Of a DNA stretch of 64,000 nt, positions 10,503-18,988 are shown piece by piece. The position numbers and the translations under genes were made by a program. Numbering within the stretch: position 1 is the stretch's first letter; the number at the start of each line of letters is the position of its first letter. The notes under the pieces were generated by a model. The model did no database searches, was not told where the DNA came from, and worked only from the letters and a program-made list of their open reading frames with translations. The DNA is from Fidelibacterota bacterium (GTDB lineage Bacteria > Fidelibacterota > Marinisomatia > Marinisomatales > Marinisomataceae). The stretch covers positions 38,996-102,995 of the forward strand of contig BOWX01000003.1 in NCBI GenBank assembly GCA_019650355.1. The letters are read 5' to 3'.

Positions 10503-11076
10503 TTTTATCAAGTAATTCAATAATTTCAACTAGAACTTTTTCTCTATTTATTTCTTTACCTAATTCTTTTGCAAAAGATGTGTGATTTGCTTTAGCATTG
10601 ATATCTAACTCTTCTAATTCAATATTAGAGTTAATATTAATTCCAACACTTAATGCTTGATAATTGCCACTATTACCAATTTGTACATTAGATAAAAGAA
10701 TCCCAGCTATTTTTCTATCTTTAACATAGATATCGTTAGGTGGTTTTTGATATGCTTCAATTTGATATTCATTAAGAATACTTACTATTACTGAACAAGT
10801 TTCATCAATTAGATTTTGTTGAAAATTATTTGATGAGCCAAGAATAATACTAAATGTTAAATCTTTATAAGGTTCACTATACCAAGATTTATTATAAGAT
10901 CCTTTTCCAGAGGTTTGATTATCCGTTATGACAATTTTACCAACGGAGCTTTCCTGAAATTGTTGATCAAGAGCTATATTTAAAGTTGAGTCAATTGTTT
11001 CAAAATATATAAAAGACCCTTTTCCAGATTTAATCCAATTAGTTTTTAAATCAATATCTTTTAAGATTAATTGCAA
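10477..11076 (-). CDS. birA: Biotin--[acetyl-CoA-carboxylase] ligase, short form without an HTH
   Basis: QTSGKGSYNKSW (variant of the GRGRxGRxW loop) and KDRKIAGILL motif. Only 199 aa. 26-nt convergent overlap with gcdH. Confidence 0.7.
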   Translation of the reverse strand: MQLILKDIDLKTNWIKSGKGSFIYFETIDSTLNIALDQQFQESSVGKIVITDNQTSGKGSYNKSWYSEPYKDLTFSIILGSSNNFQQNLIDETCSVIVSILNEYQIEAYQKPPNDIYVKDRKIAGILLSNVQIGNSGNYQALSVGININSNIELEELDINAKANHTSFAKELGKEINREKVLVEIIELLDKTIQKQVNQ

Positions 11077-11639
11077 GGATCAAGTTTTTTTCTCATCTTG
11101 AATGTAGTACCAGGTTGCAATACTCCGTCTGTTGATTTAATCAATTTAGCATTGTCTACATAAATGATAACCCAAGCTAATTCATCGCCATACACTCTTT
11201 GTGCTAAGTTCCATGCAGTATCACCAGATTGAATTGTGTAGTCAAAAAACTCAGGTTCACAGTCCCTTACATCAGTAGATTCTCTTTTAAGTGATAAAAA
11301 GTTATATGGATATAAACGATCTGGATTATCACCAATTTCATCTTTGTTCCATGAATAAATATCTCTCCACATTGACGCATCACCATATTCTCTTAAAGCT
11401 ATTTTTGTTAGAAAATCACCTCTTTTAATCATATATGGTTCAAAAACAGATACAGGCAATGGTGGTGATTCTGGTTCTTGTACAGTGAATGTTTCAACAG
11501 AGACTTCTTGTTTTGCTGCAGCTTCATTGCTTTCTTCTACTTCCTGAACAGAAACTTCATTACCAACGCTAGGAACAGTTCCTGAACAACTGATCATTAA
11601 TAATCCAAGTAAAACAAATATTAAATTTTTATGTAACAT
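11067..11639 (-). CDS. LysM-domain lipoprotein (two LysM repeats)
   Basis: Lipobox LLMISCS. YMIKRGDFLTKIALREYGD and YTIQSGDTAWNLAQRVYGD LysM-like repeats. Strong SD AAGGAGG 5 nt upstream. Confidence 0.7.
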   Translation of the reverse strand: MLHKNLIFVLLGLLMISCSGTVPSVGNEVSVQEVEESNEAAAKQEVSVETFTVQEPESPPLPVSVFEPYMIKRGDFLTKIALREYGDASMWRDIYSWNKDEIGDNPDRLYPYNFLSLKRESTDVRDCEPEFFDYTIQSGDTAWNLAQRVYGDELAWVIIYVDNAKLIKSTDGVLQPGTTFKMRKKLDPCN

Positions 11640-11688
11640 AATTTCCTCCTTAAAATAAAACTAAATTAATTTATAATTGTTCCAAATA

Positions 11689-13176
11689 TTATTCTAAATA
11701 TTCACCAAAAACTGTTTTTAAAGCAATTATTATTTCACCTAGAGTGCAATTATTTTCAACACAGGTTATAATTTGTGGCATTAAGTTCTTACTTGTTTTG
11801 GCTACATTAACTAACTCATTTAATGAATCTTTTACAATTTTATTGTCTCTTTTTTCTTTAAAAATATTTAATCGTTGTAATCTGTCCTTTGAGCTATCTT
11901 TAAATGAAGTACCTGAATCTATAATCTCATTTTCATTTATAAACTTATTTACTCCAACCAAGATTGTTTTTTTTGAGTCAATGTCTTCTTGAAATTGGAA
12001 TGCAGATTTTTCAATCTCACTTTGAATTTCACCTTTTTCAATTAAGATTTTCATACCACCTTTTTCAAATATTTCATCAATTTTCAATTCTACTTCTTGA
12101 ACAATATTATTAGTTAAGTCCTTGATAATTGAACTATCTCCTAATGGATCAATATAGTTTGCGACTCCACTTTCATGTGCAATTATTTGCTGAATTCTTA
12201 AAGCTGTAGTTGCATTTTCTTCTGAGGGTAAACTGACAGCTTCATCTTTTCCATTTGTATGAATTGACTGAGCTCCTCCAAAAACGGCTGATAAGCTTTC
12301 TAAAGTCGTTCTGGCTATATTATTATCAATTTGTTGTGCAGTAAGTGTTGATCCGCCAGTTTGAACATGAAATCGGCATAATTGAGATTTGACATTATCT
12401 ATTTTAAATCTTTTCTTTATTATCTTAGCCCAAATAATTCTTGCAGCTCTAAATTTCGCAACTTCTTCGAAAAAATCTCGGTGGGCATTGAAAAAAAATG
12501 AGACTTGCTCAGTTAGTTTAATAAGATCTAGATTATCTTCTTCAGCTTTTTCTAGATATGTGATTGCGTTAGCAAATGTAAAAGCTAGCTCTTGAACTGC
12601 GGTGCTCCCAGCTTCTCGAATGTGATATCCTGATATAGAAATACTATTCCATTTAGAAAGATTTTGTTGACAAAATTCAAAAACATTGGAAGTTAATCTT
12701 AGCGAGTGTTCTACAGGAAAAATGAAAGTTCCTCGAGCAATATATTCCTTAAGAATATCATTTTGCAAAGTTCCACGAAGAGCATCAAAGTCATAACCTC
12801 GTTTTTTAGCTGTTGCAAAATAAAATGCTAACAAAATAGAAGCTGTAGAGTTTATTGTCATAGAAACTGAAATATCTTCAAGATTAATATTTTCAAAAAG
12901 ACGTTCCATATCCTCAATTGTTGAAATTGGAACACCAGATTTTCCTACTTCACCAAAAGACATATCATCATCAGAGTCGTATCCCATCTGTGTTGGTAAG
13001 TCAAATGCCACAGATAAACCACTTACTCCATTTTCAATTAGCTTTAAATATCTTTTATTTGATTCATCAACAGAAGAAAAACCTGCATATTGTCGCATAG
13101 TCCATAGTTTATCTTGGTACATATTTTTATAGATACCTTTTTCAAATGGATATTTACCAAATTTGTTTTTTGACAT
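11689..13176 (-). CDS. Methylmalonyl-CoA mutase family, catalytic (large) subunit only
   Basis: WTMRQYAGFSSVDESNKRY, GLSVAFDLPTQMGYDSD, and the TNSFDEA-like region. 495 aa with no C-terminal B12-binding domain. Confidence 0.85.
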   Translation of the reverse strand: MSKNKFGKYPFEKGIYKNMYQDKLWTMRQYAGFSSVDESNKRYLKLIENGVSGLSVAFDLPTQMGYDSDDDMSFGEVGKSGVPISTIEDMERLFENINLEDISVSMTINSTASILLAFYFATAKKRGYDFDALRGTLQNDILKEYIARGTFIFPVEHSLRLTSNVFEFCQQNLSKWNSISISGYHIREAGSTAVQELAFTFANAITYLEKAEEDNLDLIKLTEQVSFFFNAHRDFFEEVAKFRAARIIWAKIIKKRFKIDNVKSQLCRFHVQTGGSTLTAQQIDNNIARTTLESLSAVFGGAQSIHTNGKDEAVSLPSEENATTALRIQQIIAHESGVANYIDPLGDSSIIKDLTNNIVQEVELKIDEIFEKGGMKILIEKGEIQSEIEKSAFQFQEDIDSKKTILVGVNKFINENEIIDSGTSFKDSSKDRLQRLNIFKEKRDNKIVKDSLNELVNVAKTSKNLMPQIITCVENNCTLGEIIIALKTVFGEYLE

Positions 13177-13290
13177 ATTAAAAATTAAACCTTTATAAAA
13201 TTAAATATTCTAATTAATGATTAAATTAACATAAAGATATGGAATTCACTTTAAAAGAAAAATTAATGCTTGCAATAAAATATCGAAAAT

Positions 13291-13743
13291 ATGAAGCAAA
13301 ATTCCGATCATTCTAATGAATTTAATGGTGAAACCCTAGTAATTCTTCCAGATAATGATATTGCATTTGAAATGGCACAACTTTTTTTACATAAAGCTCA
13401 AGGTTCAGTCAGTTTTCTTTTAAAAGATTCTATTTCTAGTTTTTATTCTGATGAAATCATTAAAAATTCAATTCAATATACATATAATGACATGAATTCC
13501 TTAGGTTTACCAAGAGATATTTTTATTGAAAAAATTAAAATATATAATTTTGAAAATATTATTGATACAAATGCAAACTTTAGCAGGTTTGGAGCTTTCT
13601 TGTGTTTATTTTGTAACCCAAAAGTAAGAATGGGTTTTAATTATGATAATTCCAAAAAATATTATAATGTTATATTAGATTCTAATTATCAACAGGATTT
13701 AGAAGGAACTTTTAAAATGATACAGCAGTTTATAAAAATATGA
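13291..13743 (+). CDS. Hypothetical protein
   Basis: 150-aa ORF. Its stop overlaps the next start (ATGATG). I recognise no motif. Confidence 0.35.
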   Translation: MKQNSDHSNEFNGETLVILPDNDIAFEMAQLFLHKAQGSVSFLLKDSISSFYSDEIIKNSIQYTYNDMNSLGLPRDIFIEKIKIYNFENIIDTNANFSRFGAFLCLFCNPKVRMGFNYDNSKKYYNVILDSNYQQDLEGTFKMIQQFIKI

Positions 13744-14507
13744 TGGAACATTTGAAAAAAATTATATCATCTCATTTAATTATAAATGATAAAGTTTATA
13801 ATCTAGATGAGAGTCTTAAATTTCCATGGCAATGGATTGCTAATATCGATCTTTTTTTTAAAGATATTGAAAGTTCATATTCAAATATTGAAAATGTAAT
13901 TATAGATGAATCCAATGGACCTGTTTTTATATCTAATTCAGCTATTATTGAACCATTTGTAATTATTAATGGCCCTGTATTTATTGGTGACAACTGTTTA
14001 ATTAAATCTCACTCAAATATTTCAAAATCAATAATTAACCATGACTGCAAAGTCAAAGGTGAGGTCCATACCACAATTTTTCAACCATTTGCTAACAAAG
14101 CTCATGAAGGATTCTTGGGTCATAGTTTCATTGCTTCTTGGGTAAATCTTGGGGCAGGTACTACAACAAGTAATTTGAAAAATAATTACTCGAATGTTTC
14201 AGTGAAATGGAATGGAGAATTAATTGATACTAAATCCATTTTCTTTGGTTCAATCATTGGAGAACATGTAAAAACCTCAATTGGTACCAACTTAAATACG
14301 GGAACAGTCATTGAAATGGGTTGTAATATTGTCTCACAAACTTTTCCACCAAGATATATTCCAAGCTTTTCATTTTACTATAATGGTAAAATTTCAAAAA
14401 TCACATTTGACGATTTTAAGGATGTTGCTTCAAAAGCAATGTCCAGAAGAAATGTTGATTTCTCCTCAATAGAAGCTACTTTTTTTGATCTTTACAAAAA
14501 AGATTGA
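13740..14507 (+). CDS. Left-handed beta-helix (hexapeptide repeat) protein. It resembles the C-terminal half of the alternative-GlmU-like 'putative sugar nucleotidyl transferase' family.
   Basis: KAHEGFLGHSFIASWVNLGAGTTTSNLKNNY and GTNLNTGTVI repeats. 255 aa, with no recognisable nucleotidyltransferase domain. Confidence 0.55.
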   Translation: MMEHLKKIISSHLIINDKVYNLDESLKFPWQWIANIDLFFKDIESSYSNIENVIIDESNGPVFISNSAIIEPFVIINGPVFIGDNCLIKSHSNISKSIINHDCKVKGEVHTTIFQPFANKAHEGFLGHSFIASWVNLGAGTTTSNLKNNYSNVSVKWNGELIDTKSIFFGSIIGEHVKTSIGTNLNTGTVIEMGCNIVSQTFPPRYIPSFSFYYNGKISKITFDDFKDVASKAMSRRNVDFSSIEATFFDLYKKD

Positions 14508-14541
14508 CACAATACTAAACAAATAATATCTTCGAATCAAT

Positions 14542-14946
14542 ATGAGCACATTTGATTTAAATAGTATTGACGAAGTAATAACTCCATGTTGTGATGTTGA
14601 AGTAAAGACTTCTGATATTGGTGACAAATTAAAATGTCCTGCCTGTGGTATGAATTTAAAGCAAAGAATTTTTTTACCGTTCCTTGAGTATTTAATGGAA
14701 AATGGTCATGTAGAAAATTTAGATTTCTTTGATTTGGATTTATATAATCAAGATAAAGAGTCGTTAGATAGTGAAGATGAGGAATTTGATCTAGATAAAT
14801 ATGAGGTAAAAAAAGATAGCTTAAATATTTATGAAGATGATGCTAGACACGGCGGTAATACTGTAGCAGCTGAAACTGAAACGTCAATTGACGAATCTGC
14901 AGTTTCAAGTGATTGGACTAAATTTGCTACAGAAGATTCAGAATAA
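14542..14946 (+). CDS. Hypothetical zinc-ribbon protein with a highly acidic tail
   Basis: CC-x16-CPAC cysteine pattern near the N-terminus. D/E-rich C-terminal 70 residues. Confidence 0.4.
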   Translation: MSTFDLNSIDEVITPCCDVEVKTSDIGDKLKCPACGMNLKQRIFLPFLEYLMENGHVENLDFFDLDLYNQDKESLDSEDEEFDLDKYEVKKDSLNIYEDDARHGGNTVAAETETSIDESAVSSDWTKFATEDSE

Positions 14947-14999
14947 AATTCTTTTAATAGCTTAATAATAAGGCTAAATTGGTTAAACCAAAGACTTAT

Positions 15000-15073
15000 C
15001 AGGCTATAAAAAATACGAAAGATTGAAAGACTTTCCCCCGCTTATCAACTTTCTTTTATAGCCTGTTTTTTTT
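15000..15073 (+). terminator. Long imperfect hairpin plus T8 run (Rho-independent terminator or attenuator between the Zn-ribbon gene and etfB)
   Basis: Outer stem CAGGCTATAAAA (15000-15011) pairs perfectly with TTTTATAGCCTG (15054-15065). Inner stem GAAAGATTGAAAG / CTTATCAACTTTC. C-rich apical loop. TTTTTTTT at 15066-15073. Confidence 0.55.
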
Positions 15074-15150
15074 ATAAATATTGATTGTTTAATTTAATTT
15101 TTAGGAGTTATATTAAAAATAGACTGAATAGTCGGTTTTTAAATAAAAAA

Positions 15151-15915
15151 ATGAAAATAGCAGTATTAACAAAAGCAATTCCAAGTTATGAATCCAGTAT
15201 CAGAGTAGATAGCTCTGGTAGTTGGATTGATGAGTCCATTGTTAATTACGTTGTCAATGAAAGTGATTCATACGCACTTGAAGAAGCATTACAAATCAAA
15301 GAAAGTTCGGGCGAAGGTTCTGAAGTAGTTGTTGTTACTCTTGGATCTGAGGCTAATACTTCAAAAGTAATTAAAGACGGGCTAGCAAAAGGTGCTGATC
15401 GTGGAATATTTATCAAAAATGAGTCTTCTACAACAGATCCACTTACAGTTGCAAAAATTTTCGCTGATAATTTAAAATCTGAAAACTTTGATTTGATTTT
15501 ATCTGGCTTACAATCAGACGATATGGGTTCTGGACAAACTGGTGTTTTAATTGGAGAACTACTTGAGATGTCAACAGCTACACTTGCTATTGAAACTCAA
15601 GTTGAAGGCGATAAAATTAAAGTTAAAAGAGAGCTAGAATCAGGATGGTTTCAGTGGGTAACACTTCCTTTTCCTGCAAGTATCTCAATCCAGTCTGGTA
15701 TTAATGAACCGCGCTATCCTTCTTTAAAAGGAATTATGGGTGCAAAAAGAAAAGAATTAAATACTCTTGAATCTTCCTCTGAGTCTCAAAAACAAAGCTT
15801 TGTAAATTTATATGTTCCAAAGAATGAGAAGGTTACAGAAAAAATTGAAGGGGATGCAGATACAATTGTAGCTAAGCTAATGGATATATTAAAAAATAAA
15901 TTAAAGGTTATATAA
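15151..15915 (+). CDS. etfB: Electron transfer flavoprotein beta subunit
   Basis: MKIAVLTKAIPS... typical EtfB N-terminus, plus DLILSGLQSDDMGSGQTG. I start it at ATG 15151 rather than at the ORF-track start 15085. Confidence 0.85.
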   Translation: MKIAVLTKAIPSYESSIRVDSSGSWIDESIVNYVVNESDSYALEEALQIKESSGEGSEVVVVTLGSEANTSKVIKDGLAKGADRGIFIKNESSTTDPLTVAKIFADNLKSENFDLILSGLQSDDMGSGQTGVLIGELLEMSTATLAIETQVEGDKIKVKRELESGWFQWVTLPFPASISIQSGINEPRYPSLKGIMGAKRKELNTLESSSESQKQSFVNLYVPKNEKVTEKIEGDADTIVAKLMDILKNKLKVI

Positions 15916-16886
15916 TGGTATTAGTTGTTCTAGAAAACCAGAGAGGTAAAATCCACCCTTTTAGTCTGGAAGCAGTAGCAGCAGGACAAAAGTTTGCAAA
16001 CGAATTGAACTGCGACTTAACGATATTATGTATTGGCGAAAAAGTGGATGAGTTAAAATCTCAAGCACAAAATTTCAAAGCTAGTAAACTCATTTTAGCA
16101 AAAAATGACTTAATTGATATGTATTCTGCAGACGGTTATTCAAAGGTTCTTTCTGATGTCATTAGTGAACTTTCACCAAAATATGTTTTAGTAGGTCATT
16201 CTTATATGGTTAGAGATTTTCTTCCAAGAGTGAGCGCAAAGCTTAGCATACCATTTGTTAGTGATATTATTTCTGTAGATTTTAATAGTGGTAATCCACA
16301 TTTTTCTAAACAAGTTTTTAATGCAAAGCTTGCTACTAGTATTGAAATATCATCTGACCAAGCTTTATTAAGTTTTCAATCTGCAGCTTTTTCAAGTGAT
16401 GATATTGAGGAGGGAGCTCCTGGATCAGTAGAAGAATTTAATGTCCAACTTTCTGATAGCGATATTAAGTCAAATAGTGAACCTGAATTTCAAGAATCAT
16501 CAAGCGGAGTTGATTTAACAGCAGCAGAATTAATTTTATCTGTTGGAAGAGGTATTGAAAGTGAAGACAATCTTCCTACGATGCAATCTTTAGCTGATGC
16601 AATGGGGGCTGAAGTTGCTTCTTCAAGACCTGTAGTAGATATGGGTTGGTTACCTCCGTATAGACAAGTTGGTAGTTCAGGCCAGGTAGTATCTCCTAAG
16701 CTATATTTTTCTTGCGGTGTTTCTGGAGCTATTCAGCACGTAGTTGGGATGAAGGGTTCAAAAAATATATTGGCTATCAATAAAGATGAAGATGCTCCTA
16801 TATTTGAAATTGCTGATTACGCTGTTATTGGTGATGTGCTTGAAATTGTACCAAAATTGACTGAGGAAATTAACAACAGTAAGTAA
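15915..16886 (+). CDS. etfA: Electron transfer flavoprotein alpha subunit
   Basis: C-terminal FAD motif VGSSGQVVSPKLYFSCGVSGAIQHVVGMKGSKNILAINKDEDAPIF. Its ATG overlaps the etfB stop. Confidence 0.9.
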   Translation: MVLVVLENQRGKIHPFSLEAVAAGQKFANELNCDLTILCIGEKVDELKSQAQNFKASKLILAKNDLIDMYSADGYSKVLSDVISELSPKYVLVGHSYMVRDFLPRVSAKLSIPFVSDIISVDFNSGNPHFSKQVFNAKLATSIEISSDQALLSFQSAAFSSDDIEEGAPGSVEEFNVQLSDSDIKSNSEPEFQESSSGVDLTAAELILSVGRGIESEDNLPTMQSLADAMGAEVASSRPVVDMGWLPPYRQVGSSGQVVSPKLYFSCGVSGAIQHVVGMKGSKNILAINKDEDAPIFEIADYAVIGDVLEIVPKLTEEINNSK

Positions 16887-16895
16887 GAATCTTTT

Positions 16896-18746
16896 ATGTT
16901 ACAATTTTCTCTCGTAGAACAAATAGCTTTAGCTCTCTTCCTTTTATCTGGCATCTCTTTTTTCTTATATCACCTATTATTGAGGCTTAGAATTGTATTA
17001 AAAGGAAAGTCAAACTTTAGCGTTGATGAACTCCCAAAAAGAATTATCAGAGTTTTTGATGAAGTTATTCTGCATAAAAAAGTTGCAAGTGGAAAAAGAA
17101 AGTCTGCTGGAATATTACATGCTCTGGTGATGTATGGATTTATTTTTTTTGGGTTAATAACCATTAATCATTTTGGTATGGCTTTCGGATTGCCAATTTT
17201 TAGTGAATCTTTTAGACATACATATTTTCTTATTTTTGGCGCGCCTTGGGCAATTTTGTGCACAATTGGTATTCTAGGGTTAGCATATAGACGTTTTGTT
17301 ATCAAACCTGAAGCGCTAGGAAAATTTTCAAGTACTTCTGCATTAGTTTCAGTTTTTATCGTTACTCTTATGACAACTTACTTAATTGATGAGTTACATA
17401 TTTTAACTGGTGCGGCAGAAAAATTCAACTGGTGGTTACACTCTGGAGTGATAGGTGGATTTTTATTTCTAATTCCTCAATCCAAGCATATGCACTTAGT
17501 ACTTTCTCCTTTTAATATTTTCTTACGTCCTTTTGAAGTACCCAACCATGGTGCTATTCCAATCGATATGGAAGCTTCAGAAGAAGAGCTAGACAACTTA
17601 CTGCTTGATTTATCAAGATTAAGTAAAGATCAAGCACTTGACATTTTTACATGTGTTGAATGTGGAAGATGTACAGATGTATGCCCCGCAAATAGAGGTG
17701 GAGGCATTTTAGATCCAAAATACCATTTCATTTTAGATTTAAAAGATCCAATGTTAGAAAGTGGTGATGTTAATGTAGTTGATAAGATTAATGTTGAAGC
17801 AGGATGGGAATGTACTACATGTCAAGCATGTACAGAGGTTTGTCCTGTAGGAAATCATGTTGAAAAGGCAGATGAAATAAGAAGCTTTCAAGTTTTAGCA
17901 GAAGGTGATGTTCCTCAAGAATATCAGAAGCTTTTAAGAAATCTACAAGAAACTGGTAATACAGAAGGATCATCATCAAGCGAATTATTAAATGAACTAC
18001 CTGTTTACACAGCTGACAAAGAGTTGGTGCTTTGGCTTGGTTGTTTTGCGAAGCATGCAATGGACCCTAATTTTGTAAGTTCAGTTCGAAATTTTGTCAA
18101 AATTCTTGAATCGGCTGGCGTTACATATGGTGTACTGAGTAACGAACAATGCTCTGGAGATCCCGCAAATAAATTAGGAGATAAATTAACCTATCAATTA
18201 TTAATGGATCAAAATGTCGAAGAATTAAATAAAGTAAAAAATGTGACAACAATGTGTCCACATTGTGTAGTAAATCTCCAAAAAGAATATAAAAAATATC
18301 ATGAAATTAAGTATGAGGTTAAACATCATACCCAAGTAATTTCTGAATTACTAGAAGAGGGTAGAATTAATATCAATCCAGGTTCATTGGAGAAAGTAAC
18401 ATATCATGATCCATGCAATCTTTCGAGAACGCTTGATGAAGTTTCTGCTCCTCGAAATGCTATTAAAGCTGCTGCTCCTGAATTTTTTGAATTGGATGAA
18501 AGCGGTAAAGAAACTTTATGCTGCGGAGCAGGTGGTGCTTTATGGTGGAAAAAAGATAGTGGAGAAGGTAGAACTCATCTTTTAAGAGCAGAACAGGTAA
18601 TCGAATCAAAAACTGATACAGTAGTTACAGGATGTAATTTTTGTTATGGTATGATGAATCAAGGTATTGGACCCTTAACTCCAGCAGGGCAAGAAGAAAT
18701 CAAGGTTAAAGATGTTGCAGATATTGTAGCAGAAAATCTTACTTAA
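16896..18746 (+). CDS. Membrane-anchored HdrD/GlpC-like Fe-S oxidoreductase (EtfD-type candidate ETF:quinone oxidoreductase)
   Basis: Five to six N-terminal TM helices. Two 4Fe-4S motifs (CVECGRCTDVCP, CTTCQACTEVCP). Two Cys-rich CCG-type regions (ETLCCGAGG, GCNFCYGM). It sits directly after etfBA. Confidence 0.75.
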   Translation: MLQFSLVEQIALALFLLSGISFFLYHLLLRLRIVLKGKSNFSVDELPKRIIRVFDEVILHKKVASGKRKSAGILHALVMYGFIFFGLITINHFGMAFGLPIFSESFRHTYFLIFGAPWAILCTIGILGLAYRRFVIKPEALGKFSSTSALVSVFIVTLMTTYLIDELHILTGAAEKFNWWLHSGVIGGFLFLIPQSKHMHLVLSPFNIFLRPFEVPNHGAIPIDMEASEEELDNLLLDLSRLSKDQALDIFTCVECGRCTDVCPANRGGGILDPKYHFILDLKDPMLESGDVNVVDKINVEAGWECTTCQACTEVCPVGNHVEKADEIRSFQVLAEGDVPQEYQKLLRNLQETGNTEGSSSSELLNELPVYTADKELVLWLGCFAKHAMDPNFVSSVRNFVKILESAGVTYGVLSNEQCSGDPANKLGDKLTYQLLMDQNVEELNKVKNVTTMCPHCVVNLQKEYKKYHEIKYEVKHHTQVISELLEEGRININPGSLEKVTYHDPCNLSRTLDEVSAPRNAIKAAAPEFFELDESGKETLCCGAGGALWWKKDSGEGRTHLLRAEQVIESKTDTVVTGCNFCYGMMNQGIGPLTPAGQEEIKVKDVADIVAENLT

Positions 18747-18988
18747 GAGTTTTTAAAAATATCAATTGCCGAGCATGGCTCACCAAAATAAATACGTTTA
18801 GCATATTTAGTTAAATTAGCCGTAATAATCAAATATGCCCATGTAGGAACTGCTGCTTTTGAACACCCTTTGATAATAACTTTTTGATCTTGATACTTTT
18901 CCCAGTTTATCAGGGATACTTTTTCTCTAAAATCTTTTTCTTTAATAATACCTTCTGTTAAAAAGTCATCTAGATTAATATTTTGCAT
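18743..18988 (-). CDS. DUF2480-like small protein (last gene of the suf cluster)
   Basis: EKDFREKV..W.KYQDQKV...C...AVPTWAYLII..L.KYAKRIYFG resembles the C-terminal half of the suf-linked DUF2480 family as I remember it. 81 aa. Confidence 0.5.
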   Translation of the reverse strand: MQNINLDDFLTEGIIKEKDFREKVSLINWEKYQDQKVIIKGCSKAAVPTWAYLIITANLTKYAKRIYFGEPCSAIDIFKNS

